Shown piece by piece: positions 18,654-28,139 of a stretch of 64,000 nt of DNA. The stretch is from an uncultured bacterium. GTDB lineage: Bacteria; Desulfobacterota; Deferrimicrobia; Deferrimicrobiales; Deferrimicrobiaceae. Below the pieces are notes generated by a model. That model searched no databases and was not told the DNA's origin. It saw only the letters and a program-made list of their open reading frames with translations. A program made the translations under genes and the position numbers. The stretch covers positions 31,129-95,128 of the forward strand of contig CAZTFC010000001.1 of NCBI GenBank assembly GCA_964612075.1, in the 5' to 3' direction. Position 1 is the first letter of the stretch. Each line of letters begins with the position of its first letter.

Positions 18654-19837
18654 GCGGCCTCGCACAGCTCCGGGTACCTCCGGCGGACCCACAGGCCGGC
18701 GGCCATCCCCGCGACCGCGAACGACGCCAGCGCGGCAGGGGTCGAGGTATACTCCGCCATCAACCCGATCAGCAGGCTGCCGACCCGCATCAGCCCGAGC
18801 AGCAGGGAGACGTAGAGCGCCATCACTCGTCCCCGGAGATGGTCCGGCACCTGCTCCTGCAGCAGGGAGTTCGCCAGGGCGTTCTGCACCACGTAGGCGA
18901 ACCCCACGGCGACCAGGACCAGGATGGACGCCGCGTACCCCCTGCAGAAGGAGAAGGCCAGCAGCAGCGCGGGGAAGGCCAGGCTCGAGACCGTGATCGT
19001 CCTCCCTTTCCGCCTGCCCATGGCGGGATTGGCGGAGAACAGGGACCCGACGACCGAGCCGACCCCCGCCGCGGACATCAGGACGCCGTACGCCCCCGCG
19101 TCGCGCCCCAGGATCTCCTTCGCGAAGATCGGCACCAGGACGTAGAACGGCATGGCGATCAGCGCGGAGAGGGAGATCAGCAGGACGACGGCGCGCGGGA
19201 CGCGGTTCTCCCGGAGGTACCGCACCCCGCCCAGCCGGTCCCTGGAGGATTCTCCCGACGCATCGGTCCGGCGGATGAGGGAGACGTCCATCAGAAAGAG
19301 GGCGAGCAGCACCGCGAGGAAGCTGACGCCGTTCAGGAAGAAGGCGCCCGCCACCCCGGAGGTCGCCACGAGGATCCCGGCCGCCGCGGGGCCCAGGACG
19401 CGCGCCCCGTGGAAGATGCTCGAGTTGAGGGCGATGGCGTTGGTCAGGTCCTCCTTCCCCACCAGCTCCACCGCGAAGGCCTGCCGCGCCGGGGTGTCGA
19501 TCGCCATGGCGGCCCCGAGCAGGAACGCCAGCAGGAGGACGTGCCAGAAGCGAACGACGCCGGCCCAGCACAGGAGGGCGAGGATGAAGGCGAGGAGCAT
19601 CATCGCCACCTGGCACCAGAAGACCACGAGGCGCTTTTCGAAGCGGTCGGCGATCGCCCCGGCGTACAGGGTCAGGAGGACCATCGGGACCGCGCCGATG
19701 AAGTTGACCAGCCCCAGGTCGGCCGCGGAGCCGGTGAGCTCGTAGACCAGCCAGTTCTGGGCGATGGTCTGCATCCAAGTGCCGACGAGCGAGGTGAGCT
19801 GGCCGAAGAACCAGAGGCGGAAATTCCGGTGGCGCAT
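18650..19837 (-). CDS. MFS transporter (exporter-like, 12 TM)
   Basis: The track ORF 18650..21805 was trimmed to the Met in FQAMRHRNFRLWFFGQ. It has 12 predicted TM segments and an EntS/MFS_1-like topology. Confidence 0.85.
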   Translation of the reverse strand: MRHRNFRLWFFGQLTSLVGTWMQTIAQNWLVYELTGSAADLGLVNFIGAVPMVLLTLYAGAIADRFEKRLVVFWCQVAMMLLAFILALLCWAGVVRFWHVLLLAFLLGAAMAIDTPARQAFAVELVGKEDLTNAIALNSSIFHGARVLGPAAAGILVATSGVAGAFFLNGVSFLAVLLALFLMDVSLIRRTDASGESSRDRLGGVRYLRENRVPRAVVLLISLSALIAMPFYVLVPIFAKEILGRDAGAYGVLMSAAGVGSVVGSLFSANPAMGRRKGRTITVSSLAFPALLLAFSFCRGYAASILVLVAVGFAYVVQNALANSLLQEQVPDHLRGRVMALYVSLLLGLMRVGSLLIGLMAEYTSTPAALASFAVAGMAAGLWVRRRYPELCEAA

Positions 19838-19878
19838 CGCCTGGAACGTCGAGGCGAACGCTCCGTGGGCGTCGGGGT

Positions 19879-22098
19879 TCACTTCGGGGCGGGAAGGAGG
19901 AAGAGAGCCCCCAGCGGCGGAAGGGAGAGCGGCACGGAGAAGGGGCGCCCCATCCACGGCGTTTCCTCCGCTTCGACCGCCCCGCCGTTCCCCACGTTGC
20001 CGCCGCCATACGCGGCGGCGTCGCTGTTCAACGCCTCGATGTACCGGCCGGGGTACGGGAGGCCGACGCGGTATCCCTCCCGGGGCATGGGGGTGAAGTT
20101 GAAGACGCACACCGCGCACTCCGACGGGTCCTTCCCGCGGCGCAGCAGGGAGACGACGGAGTTGTCCACGTCGCGGAAGTCGATCCACTCGAACCCCTCG
20201 GGCCGGAAATCCATCTCGTGGAGCGCGGGGGTCTCCCGGTAGAGCCGGTTCAGGTCGCGGACGAACCGCTGCACGCCCCGGTGGCTGTCCCATCGCAGCA
20301 GGTCCCACTGGAGCGAGTGGTCGTGGTTCCATTCCTCCCACTGCGCGATCTCGCCGCCCATGAACAGGAGCTTCTTGCCCGGGTGGGCGTACATGTAGGA
20401 GTAGAGCAGCCGGAGGTTGGCGAACTTCCTCCACAGGTCGCCGGGCATCTTGTCGAGCATCGAGCGCTTCAGGTGCACGACCTCGTCGTGGGAGAAGGGC
20501 AGGACGAAGTTCTCGTGGAAGGCGTACAGCAGCGCGAAGGTGAGCTGGCCGAAGTGGAACTTCCGGTGGATGGGGTCCTTCTCGATGAACGACAGCATGT
20601 CGTGCATCCACCCCATGTTCCATTTCAGCGTGAACCCCAGCCCCCCGAGGTACACGGGGCGCGAGACGGCCGGCCACGCCGTGGACTCCTCGGCGACCGT
20701 GAAGGCGCCGGGGTGCCGGGAATGCACCTCCTCGTTCATCCGCTTGAGGAAGGCGATCGCCTCCAGGTTCTCCCGGCCCCCGAAGGCGTTGGGGATCCAC
20801 TCCCCCGGCTTGCGCGAATAGTCGAGGTACAGCATGGACGCGACCGCGTCCACCCGGAGGCCGTCGATGTGGTACTTCTTCATCCAGAACAGGGCGTTGG
20901 AGAGGAGGAAATTCGCGACTTCCCGCCGCCCGAAGTTGAAGACGAGCGTGCCCCAGTCGCGGTGCTCGCCCAGCCGCGGGTCCGCGTGCTCGTAGAGGTG
21001 GGTCCCGTCGAAGGAGGCCAGGCCGTGCGAGTCGCGCGGGAAGTGGGCCGGCACCCAGTCGAGGATCACGCCGATCCCCTCCCGGTGGCACCGGTCGACG
21101 AACTCCATGAACTCCCGGGGGCGGCCGAAGCGGGACGTCGGGGCGTAGTAGCCGAGCACCTGGTATCCCCACGACCCGTCGAAGGGATGCTCCGCCACCG
21201 GGAGCAGCTCGACGTGGGTATACCCCATTTCCTTGACGTACGGCACGAGATCGTCCGCCAGCTCCCGGTAGGAGAGATACGGGCCGCCCTCGCCCTCCTT
21301 CCTCTTCCAGGAACCGAGGTGGACCTCGTAGACGGAGAAGGGGCCGTCGAGAACGTTGCGGCGGGCGCGCCCCTCCATCCAGTCCGAGTCCCCCCACTCG
21401 TACCCGTCGACGGAGCAGACGATCGACCCCGTGCGGGGAGGCCGCTCGCAACGGAAAGCGAAGGGGTCGGTCTTGAGGAGGATCTTCCCGCCCTCGCGGG
21501 AGCGGATCTCGTACTTGTAGACCTCCTCCTCGACCACTTCGGGCAGGAAGATCTCCCAGATGCCCGATTCGCCCCGGTTGCGCATCGGGTGCACGCGGCC
21601 GTCCCAGTGGTTCGCGTTGCACACCACCGACACCCGCTCGGCGTTGGGCGCCCACACGGCGAAGGCGGTCCCCCGGACGCCCCCGTGGGCGATCACGTGG
21701 CTGCCCAGCTTCTCGTACTGCTCGAGGTGGCTCCCCTCGGCCAGGAGGTGGATGTCGAAATCGGACAGGACCAGGCCGAAGGCGTAGGGGTCGTGCTGCT
21801 CCCACCGGTACCCGCTGCGGTCGGTGAACTCGAGGCGGTAGGGAAAGATCTCCGCCTCCCCGGGGAACTGCGCCTCGAACACGCCGTCGGGATGGATCCG
21901 GGACAGGACGGTGCGGCTCGGCCCCTCCTCGCCGTCGCGCATCAGCGCGACGTCCTGCGCTCCGGGATGGATCACCCGCACGGAGACGAACCGCCGCCCC
22001 TTCTCCTCGACGACGTGGGGCCCCAGCACCGAGAAGGGGTCCCAGTGGCGCGCGCCGAGGAGCCGGTCGATGTCTCCCTTGCGGATAGAGGTTTTCAT
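19879..22098 (-). CDS. glgB: 1,4-alpha-glucan branching enzyme GlgB (long form with N-terminal extension)
   Basis: The track ORF 19879..23427 was trimmed to ATG (MKTSIRKGD...). The GH13 catalytic motifs (GYHVTD-like regions, [26 protein letters not shown]) and the C-terminal all-beta domain are present. Confidence 0.93.
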   Translation of the reverse strand: MKTSIRKGDIDRLLGARHWDPFSVLGPHVVEEKGRRFVSVRVIHPGAQDVALMRDGEEGPSRTVLSRIHPDGVFEAQFPGEAEIFPYRLEFTDRSGYRWEQHDPYAFGLVLSDFDIHLLAEGSHLEQYEKLGSHVIAHGGVRGTAFAVWAPNAERVSVVCNANHWDGRVHPMRNRGESGIWEIFLPEVVEEEVYKYEIRSREGGKILLKTDPFAFRCERPPRTGSIVCSVDGYEWGDSDWMEGRARRNVLDGPFSVYEVHLGSWKRKEGEGGPYLSYRELADDLVPYVKEMGYTHVELLPVAEHPFDGSWGYQVLGYYAPTSRFGRPREFMEFVDRCHREGIGVILDWVPAHFPRDSHGLASFDGTHLYEHADPRLGEHRDWGTLVFNFGRREVANFLLSNALFWMKKYHIDGLRVDAVASMLYLDYSRKPGEWIPNAFGGRENLEAIAFLKRMNEEVHSRHPGAFTVAEESTAWPAVSRPVYLGGLGFTLKWNMGWMHDMLSFIEKDPIHRKFHFGQLTFALLYAFHENFVLPFSHDEVVHLKRSMLDKMPGDLWRKFANLRLLYSYMYAHPGKKLLFMGGEIAQWEEWNHDHSLQWDLLRWDSHRGVQRFVRDLNRLYRETPALHEMDFRPEGFEWIDFRDVDNSVVSLLRRGKDPSECAVCVFNFTPMPREGYRVGLPYPGRYIEALNSDAAAYGGGNVGNGGAVEAEETPWMGRPFSVPLSLPPLGALFLLPAPK

Positions 22099-22712
22099 CG
22101 CACCCGGAAGGTGATCTCCTCGACGTCCTTGCCGCCCCCGCGGGTCTCGACGGAGACGAGGACGCGGTAGCTCCCCGGGCGGGCGTCCCGGGGGAGGGTG
22201 ATGGGGACGACGGATTGCCAGGTTCCCCCCTCGCGCTCGATGTCGACCTTGGCCTCTCCCACGCGGGCGCCGTCGAACAGGATCTCGCGGGCCTCGCGGA
22301 CGGGGACCATCACGTCTTCCCTCGGGGTCAGGACGGCGTACGTCATCCGGATCTCGATGGTGTCCCCGGGACTCGCGACGGCCGGGGCGGACCGGACCGT
22401 CTCGATCCGCACCCGGACGTCCTTCGCCGAGGAATATTCGGCGTGGGCCTGCCGCGTTTCCGCGAGCCCCTTTTCCTTGCGGTCGTGATAGTCGCCGAGG
22501 ATCCCGCCGGTAAGCGCGCCCAGCAGGCCGCCGACCACCGCGCCGCGCTTGCCGCCCACCAGTCCGCCGATGACCGCCCCGCTCGCCGCGCCGACGCCGG
22601 CTCCGACGACGGCCCCCTCGTGCTCCCTCGCGCCCTGGCCCGTCGTGGCGCACCCCTGCGGGACCGCGAGGAGCAGGGCGGCGACCAGTGCGAGGCAGAC
22701 GGTCTTGCGCAT
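22095..22712 (-). CDS. Lipoprotein with glycine-zipper (SlyB/YMGG-like) N-terminal region
   Basis: 205-aa ORF with a signal peptide and lipobox (LAVPQGC) followed by a Gly-zipper segment ([18 protein letters not shown]...[13 protein letters not shown]). Its stop overlaps the glgB start (ATGA). Confidence 0.7.
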   Translation of the reverse strand: MRKTVCLALVAALLLAVPQGCATTGQGAREHEGAVVGAGVGAASGAVIGGLVGGKRGAVVGGLLGALTGGILGDYHDRKEKGLAETRQAHAEYSSAKDVRVRIETVRSAPAVASPGDTIEIRMTYAVLTPREDVMVPVREAREILFDGARVGEAKVDIEREGGTWQSVVPITLPRDARPGSYRVLVSVETRGGGKDVEEITFRVR

Positions 22713-22748
22713 GGGTTCCTCCTGAAGATGCGGGTAACCTGAAGTTTC

Positions 22749-23564
22749 CTAAACGGTGAACTTCCGCAGCGGCGCGTCCCGGCGGGCCGCGTGGATGGGG
22801 ATCCCGTCGAACCGGTGGGAGGACAGGATCTCGCGGACCGTGCCGCGGGCCAGCTCCGGCGTGTTGTGGTCCGCGCTCAGGTGGCAGAGGATGACGGCCG
22901 AGGGGACTTTCCTGCTTTCCTGCAGGACCCGCACGAGGAATTTCCCCGCCTGGACGTTGGAGAAATGACCCATGCCCGACCCAACCCGCGCCTTGTCGAG
23001 CCGGGAGCTCCGGTTCAGCATCGCCTCGTCGTAGTTCGCCTCGATCAGGATCAGGTCGCTGTCGATGAACTCCTCGAACAGCCCGTTCTCGTTCTGGCCC
23101 AGGTCGGTGGCCATCGAGACGCGGACCTCCCGCTCCCCGGCGGCGGGCGAGAAGGAGAACCCGCACGTGACTCCCCGGGCGTCGTGGGGGACCCGGAACG
23201 GGCGGATCGCGATCCCCCCGACGGAGAAGGTCTCGCCGTCCGAGAACGTCCGGACCGGCGCGCGGGCGGGGGAGCGGGGCAGCACCTTCCGCGCGAAGCC
23301 GTCGAGGTTGCCGCGGTGCAGGTGGATCGGGACGTCGTGCCTCGCGCAGCAGGCGACGGCGGACTGGTTGACGTGGTCGCTGTGGAGATGGGACACCAGG
23401 ACGGCGTCCACGTCGCCCCACCCGCACTCCGCCTCGGCCAGCGCCGCCGAGAGCCCCCGCTGGGAGGGCAGCCCCGCGTCGACGAGAAGGATGGTCCCCG
23501 CGTGCGACACGAGCGTGAGGTTCCCGGAGGAGCCGCTGCGCAGGGGCGTTACGTGGAAATCCAC
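22749..23564 (-). CDS. MBL-fold metallo-hydrolase
   Basis: The track ORF 22749..24356 was trimmed to the GTG start ([16 protein letters not shown]...). It carries the HxHxDH motif (HLHSDH) and the downstream His/Asp ligands of the metallo-beta-lactamase fold. Confidence 0.8.
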   Translation of the reverse strand: MDFHVTPLRSGSSGNLTLVSHAGTILLVDAGLPSQRGLSAALAEAECGWGDVDAVLVSHLHSDHVNQSAVACCARHDVPIHLHRGNLDGFARKVLPRSPARAPVRTFSDGETFSVGGIAIRPFRVPHDARGVTCGFSFSPAAGEREVRVSMATDLGQNENGLFEEFIDSDLILIEANYDEAMLNRSSRLDKARVGSGMGHFSNVQAGKFLVRVLQESRKVPSAVILCHLSADHNTPELARGTVREILSSHRFDGIPIHAARRDAPLRKFTV

Positions 23565-23609
23565 CGTCCGGTCCGCCTTCTCCCGCCGTTTTTTTCCGCG
23601 TCGCCGCTG

Positions 23610-23618
23610 ATTATACCA
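23610..23618 (-). promoter_or_regulatory. Extended -10 promoter element TGGTATAAT for the MBL-fold hydrolase gene
   Basis: The minus strand reads cTGGTATAATcagcgg about 46 nt upstream of the GTG start. It is flanked by two direct copies of CCGTTTTTT(T)CCGCG (about 23587-23601 and 23648-23661). Confidence 0.4.
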
Positions 23619-23718
23619 GAACCGGCGGGGGTCTTCCCGGCGCGCCCCGTTTTTTCCGCGCGTTGAAGCCGGATTCCGGTTAGAATACCCCGTCGTTCGA
23701 TCGACCAGGGGGGGAAAG

Positions 23719-24702
23719 GTGAAACTTCCGGAATTGAAGATCGGCCGGTTCACGGCAAGGATACCCATCGTGCAGGGAGGGATGTCGGTCCGCGTGTCCA
23801 CGTCGTCGCTCGCCGCGGCGGTCGCGGAGTGCGGCGGCATCGGGACGATCGGGGGATCGGGGATCCCCATCGACCAGCTCAAGGAGGACATCCGCAAGGC
23901 GAAGCGGATGACCGGCGGCGTGATCGCGGTCAATATCATGTTCGCCATCAAGCAGTTCACGGAGGCCGTCAAGGCGTCCATCGAGGCGGGCGTCGACATG
24001 ATCGTTACCGGCGCCGGCTTCTCCCGCGACATCTTCAAGGTCGGGAAGGAGTACGACGTCCCCATCGTCTCCATCGTCTCCTCGCCCGAGTTCGGGAAGC
24101 TCGCGGAGCGGCTCGGGGCGGCGGCCGTCGTCGTCGAGGCGAAGGAGGCGGGCGGGCACCTCGGCACGGACCGCCCGCTGCGCGAACTGTTCCCCGAGGT
24201 GCGGAAGGTCGTGAAGAAGATCCCGCTGATCGCGGCCGGCGGGATCACGGACGGTCTCGAGATCGCCGAAATGATGGGGAAGTTCGGCGCCGACGCCGTG
24301 CAGATGGCCACGCGGTTCGTGCTCACGAAGGAGTGCGACGTGGCGGAAGGCTTCAAGCGGGCCTACCTGAACGCGCGCAAGGAGGATGTGGTCCTCATCG
24401 AGTCCCCGGTGGGAATGCCCGGCCGGGCGATCCGGAACCGGTTTCTCGACATGCTCTCCGCGGGGGAAAAGGTGTACGACGGCCGGTGCCGGGAAGGATG
24501 CCTGAAAAGCTGCAACCGGAAGTACTGCATCATCGACCGCCTCCTGATGTCGCGCGACGGGGACGCGGAGGAAGGGCTGGTCTTCTCGGGGGAGAACGTG
24601 TGGAGAATCAAGGACATCCCAACCGTGAGGGAACTTATGGACCGCCTCGTGGCCGAGGCGGAGAGCGTTTATAGCCCCTCCCCCGCGACCGCCGGCATGT
24701 GA
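23719..24702 (+). CDS. Nitronate monooxygenase / NAD(P)H-dependent flavin oxidoreductase (2-nitropropane dioxygenase, FabK-like family)
   Basis: 327-aa ORF with GTG start and RBS GGGGGGAAAG. It has a TIM-barrel FMN-binding pattern (IVQGGMS...GGIGTIGGSG...AAGGI). Confidence 0.85.
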   Translation: MKLPELKIGRFTARIPIVQGGMSVRVSTSSLAAAVAECGGIGTIGGSGIPIDQLKEDIRKAKRMTGGVIAVNIMFAIKQFTEAVKASIEAGVDMIVTGAGFSRDIFKVGKEYDVPIVSIVSSPEFGKLAERLGAAAVVVEAKEAGGHLGTDRPLRELFPEVRKVVKKIPLIAAGGITDGLEIAEMMGKFGADAVQMATRFVLTKECDVAEGFKRAYLNARKEDVVLIESPVGMPGRAIRNRFLDMLSAGEKVYDGRCREGCLKSCNRKYCIIDRLLMSRDGDAEEGLVFSGENVWRIKDIPTVRELMDRLVAEAESVYSPSPATAGM

Positions 24703-24928
24703 ACCGGACCGTCCCCGTCGGGATGTCGGCGTAACCCCACGTTTCACAAGGGTTTCGTCGCAGGATGGGGGCGTTCTTCATACCCCGGGGCTGGTATTTT
24801 TCCGATACATACGTGGTTATGGGATTGGAAAAATCATATTACCGGTCTTCTTGCGAGTGAAATGTATTGACAATGAAGGTGGTCCGGGAAAACAATAAAT
24901 TTAAATAAACAGTTTATAGGGAGGGTTT

Positions 24929-25366
24929 ATGGACAAAAAACTCCTGGTTGAGTTGACTGCGGAGATTGTATCGGCCCACGCCTCGGTAAATGAAATGGGA
25001 TCCGAGGAACTTCTTGGAGAGATGCAGTCCGTATACCAGAAGTTGCTGGCTCTTGCCGGGACCGAGGGCGAGGAAGTCGAAGGTGTCGCCCAGGAAGTCA
25101 AACCGGCGATCCCGGTAAACAAGGCGTTCGGCACGGACAAAGTCTACTGCCTTGTCTGCGGGAAAGCGTTCACCACGCTGAAAAAGCATATCGCCGTCAG
25201 CCATCAGATGTCTCCGAAGGATTACCGGAAAGCGTTCGGCATTCCGTCGAAGACGCCCCTTGTCGCCAGGAAGTATTCGGAAGCCAAGAAGAAAATCGCC
25301 CAGGAAAAGGGGCTTGCGAAGAAGCTGGCGGAAGGGCGCAGGAAGCGGGCCGCCGCGAAGGAGTAG
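24929..25366 (+). CDS. mucR: MucR/Ros family transcriptional regulator (C2H2-like zinc finger)
   Basis: 145-aa ORF with RBS GGGAGGG. The Ros/MucR signature CLVCGKAFTTLKKHIAVSHQMSPKDYRKAFGIPSKTPLVARKYSEAKKKIAQEKGL is present. An AT-rich 225-bp upstream region carries a TTGACA -35 hexamer (about 24867-24872). Confidence 0.9.
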   Translation: MDKKLLVELTAEIVSAHASVNEMGSEELLGEMQSVYQKLLALAGTEGEEVEGVAQEVKPAIPVNKAFGTDKVYCLVCGKAFTTLKKHIAVSHQMSPKDYRKAFGIPSKTPLVARKYSEAKKKIAQEKGLAKKLAEGRRKRAAAKE

Positions 25367-25407
25367 AGCGGCAAGGCGTTTTGTTCGGAACAAGGCTGAC
25401 CTTTTCA

Positions 25408-25460
25408 GGCCCGCGCGGAGCCGAGTTTCCCGGAAAAGCCCGCGCGGGTTTTTCTTTTTC
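25408..25460 (+). terminator. Rho-independent terminator downstream of mucR
   Basis: Two copies of CCCGCGCGG (about 25410-25418 and 25439-25447) can pair as a GC stem, and are followed by TTTTTCTTTTT. Confidence 0.5.
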
Positions 25461-25541
25461 CCGTCGAAACTTTCCTTCCCGTCGAGCCACCGGTTGAGGC
25501 AATATAAATAATCACCCACAATCGGAAAAGGAGGAATCGTC

Positions 25542-26123
25542 ATGCCCTACGCTGCCAGGGATTTCGGGAAGCTGATCGGCATGGAGGGGTTCAGCGAGAC
25601 GCTGCTGAAGAACCATTTCACCCTGTACCAGGGATACGTGGCCAACTCGAACAAGGTTTCGGACCTCCTCCTGGCGATGCTGGCCGACGGGAAGACGGGG
25701 ACCCCGGAGTACGCGGAGCTGAAGCGCCGTTTCGGCTGGGAATGGAACGGGATGCGGCTGCACGAGCTTTACTTCGGGAACCTGGGCGGCAAGGGCGGGG
25801 CCCTCGATCCCGGGTCGAAGCTGGGCAAGGCGGTCGCGGCGGAGTTCGGCAGCGTGGAGAAGTGGGAGGCGGACTTCCGCGCCGCGGGCGCGATGCGGGG
25901 GATCGGCTGGGTGGTCCTGTTCCAGGACAAGGAGGGCGGCCGGCTCTTCAATCAGTGGATCAACGAGCACGATGTGGGGAACCTGGCCGGGGCGGTCCCC
26001 GTCTTCGTCATGGACGTCTTCGAGCACGCCTTCATGATCGATTACGGGCTCAAGCGGGCCGATTACATCGCGGCGTTCTTCAAGAACGTCGACTGGACGG
26101 CGGCCGAGTCGCGGCTCGGATGA
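25542..26123 (+). CDS. Fe/Mn superoxide dismutase family protein (divergent)
   Basis: 193-aa ORF with a strong RBS (AAAGGAGGAATCGTC ATG). The C-terminal DVFEHAFMIDYGLKRADYIAAFFKNVDWT matches the SOD DVWEHAYY...W.NV.NW region, with the Asp and His ligands present. The mid-region H in RLHELYF aligns with the second His ligand. The first-helix ligand region is altered to KNHF. Confidence 0.7.
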   Translation: MPYAARDFGKLIGMEGFSETLLKNHFTLYQGYVANSNKVSDLLLAMLADGKTGTPEYAELKRRFGWEWNGMRLHELYFGNLGGKGGALDPGSKLGKAVAAEFGSVEKWEADFRAAGAMRGIGWVVLFQDKEGGRLFNQWINEHDVGNLAGAVPVFVMDVFEHAFMIDYGLKRADYIAAFFKNVDWTAAESRLG

Positions 26124-26180
26124 ACTGCCTTCACATGACGGGGGGAAGCCGCAGGACCGGCCCCTCCCGTCCCTCCCGCA

Positions 26181-28130
26181 ATGGATTATTACGCCCAGGG
26201 TAGCCTCGTCGCGGCGGTGGTGGCGCTGGCCATCGCCGTGTACCTGCGGGCCTTCGCCGGCGGGGACCGGGAAGCGAGGGCGTTCTCCGACCTCTCCCTC
26301 GTCATCTTCCTCTGGTGCTTCCCGGAATTCCTCTGGAAGACCCTTTCCTCGGACTTCTGGCACAACGTGAGCCTCGCGGGGGTGATGTTCCTGCCGCCGT
26401 TCGCGTTGAGATACAGCGGCGCGGCGGTGCGGACACGCCCCCGCTGGTTCCGCGCGGTGTTCACGGCGGGCATCTGGGTCAGCGCCGCCTTCGCCGCGAC
26501 GCTCTTTTACGATCCTCTCCTCGTTTCGCCGTGGTGGAACGTGGCGGCCCTCGCGTACTTCTACCCGTATCTGGTCGCGAGCCTGTACATCATCCGGCAG
26601 CACGGGTTCCACGCCACCCACACCGCGGTGGAGCGGAAGAAATACCAGTTCCTGGTGATCGGCGGCGGGATCGCCACCGCCGTGGCGCCGCTGAACTTCC
26701 TTCCCGGCACCGGCGTGTACTTCCCTCCGCTGGCCGGGTTCGCGGTGCTCGTCTTCTTCTTCTTCGTGGCGACGGGGATACTGCATCTCCACTTCTTCGA
26801 GCTGCCCGACATCGTCGGGCGCGGCATCCTCCTGGTCATCCAGATCTTCGCCTTCGCCGTCGTCTTCGGCGCCCTCGAAGTGGCTTCCGGCAGGAAGTTC
26901 TGGTTCCCCCTCGCGGGCGTCTTCCTCATCTCCATCTTCCTTTTGACCTTCTACCCGGTCCTGATGCGGAAGCTGGGCGCCATCTCCTCGGACCTCCTCG
27001 TTCGCCGGTCGAGGGAGGTGCAGTCGGTGCTGTCCGGTTTCGCTCGCAAGCTCCCCGAGTCGCAGTCGCTCCGGGAGATCGCGCGCAACGTGGGGGAGGC
27101 GCTTTCCGGGGTCCCCTTCATCGAGAAGGCGTCGCTCTGGATCCGCCCCGAGGCGGGGACCGACGAAGGGTACGGGTCGCTCCCCGTCCGGCCGGAGGAA
27201 TATCTCCGGGCGTTCTCCCGGTTCTCGAACCGGTATCCCGTCCTGCGCGTCATGGAGCACGGCGGCTCGCGGGCGGCGGACGTCTCGATCTGGGACGATT
27301 CCTTCGACGCGTCGATCCCCGTCTTCCTCCGCGGGGACCTCGTCGCGGTCGTCCTGTTCCACTGGAAGAAGAAAGGGCCTTCGATCCGCGAGATGGAGCT
27401 GCTCTTCCCGTTCCTGGACGGGATCGGGCTGGCGGTGGAGAACCTGAGGCAGCAGCAGCGCATCCAGCGCCGCGAGCATTTCGCCACGATCGGGGAGCTG
27501 GCGGCCGGGCTCGCCCACGAGGTCCGCACCCCCGTCGGGGCGATCAAGGGGGCGGCGCAATTTTTAAGCCGCGACGCGAGGGCGTGCGACCGGGAGTTCC
27601 TCGACATCATCGTCGAGGAGGCGGACCGGCTCAACGGCGTGGTCACCGAGTTCCTCGAGTACGCCCGCCCGTCGGGGCGTCAGCCCCGGACGCTTTCGCT
27701 GCGGGAACCCGTGGAAAAGGCGATGTCCCGGCTTCTCCGGGAGCGGGCCGCCTCGATGAAGGGGGTGCGTCGGCATGTCCTGGTCCACGAGCCCGCCCCC
27801 CGCGTCAACGCGGATCCCGCCGAGATCGAGCGGGTGGTCTACAATCTCCTTACGAACGCCGTCGAGGCGATGCCCCACGGGGGCGACCTCGCCGTCCGTG
27901 TGAATTCCGACGGCGGGTACGCCCGGATCGTCGTCGAGGACACGGGGCTGGGGATCTCCGAGGCGGACCGCGGAAACCTCTTCCGCCCCTTCTTCACGAC
28001 GCGGGAGCGCGGGGTGGGGATGGGGCTCGCGATCTGCCGGCGGATCGCCGAGGAGAACGGGGGGTCCGTCTCGGCGGAAAGCAACCCGGGGAAGGGGAGC
28101 CGCTTCGTCGTGAAGCTCCCGGAGGCGTAA
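26181..28130 (+). CDS. Sensor histidine kinase with N-terminal multi-TM (6-7 TM) membrane sensor domain
   Basis: 649-aa ORF with hydrophobic N-terminal 7TM-receptor-like repeats, an H-box (GLAHEVRTP) and the N, G1 and G2 boxes (NLLTNAVEA, DTGLGI, GVGMGL). Confidence 0.85.
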   Translation: MDYYAQGSLVAAVVALAIAVYLRAFAGGDREARAFSDLSLVIFLWCFPEFLWKTLSSDFWHNVSLAGVMFLPPFALRYSGAAVRTRPRWFRAVFTAGIWVSAAFAATLFYDPLLVSPWWNVAALAYFYPYLVASLYIIRQHGFHATHTAVERKKYQFLVIGGGIATAVAPLNFLPGTGVYFPPLAGFAVLVFFFFVATGILHLHFFELPDIVGRGILLVIQIFAFAVVFGALEVASGRKFWFPLAGVFLISIFLLTFYPVLMRKLGAISSDLLVRRSREVQSVLSGFARKLPESQSLREIARNVGEALSGVPFIEKASLWIRPEAGTDEGYGSLPVRPEEYLRAFSRFSNRYPVLRVMEHGGSRAADVSIWDDSFDASIPVFLRGDLVAVVLFHWKKKGPSIREMELLFPFLDGIGLAVENLRQQQRIQRREHFATIGELAAGLAHEVRTPVGAIKGAAQFLSRDARACDREFLDIIVEEADRLNGVVTEFLEYARPSGRQPRTLSLREPVEKAMSRLLRERAASMKGVRRHVLVHEPAPRVNADPAEIERVVYNLLTNAVEAMPHGGDLAVRVNSDGGYARIVVEDTGLGISEADRGNLFRPFFTTRERGVGMGLAICRRIAEENGGSVSAESNPGKGSRFVVKLPEA

Positions 28131-28139
28131 AGGACGTCC

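Noticed and set aside
24703-24928. AT-rich patch as a possible remnant of a mobile element or genomic-island border
   Set aside because: There are no transposase, integrase, tRNA or direct-repeat flanks nearby. It is more simply explained as the mucR promoter or regulatory region.
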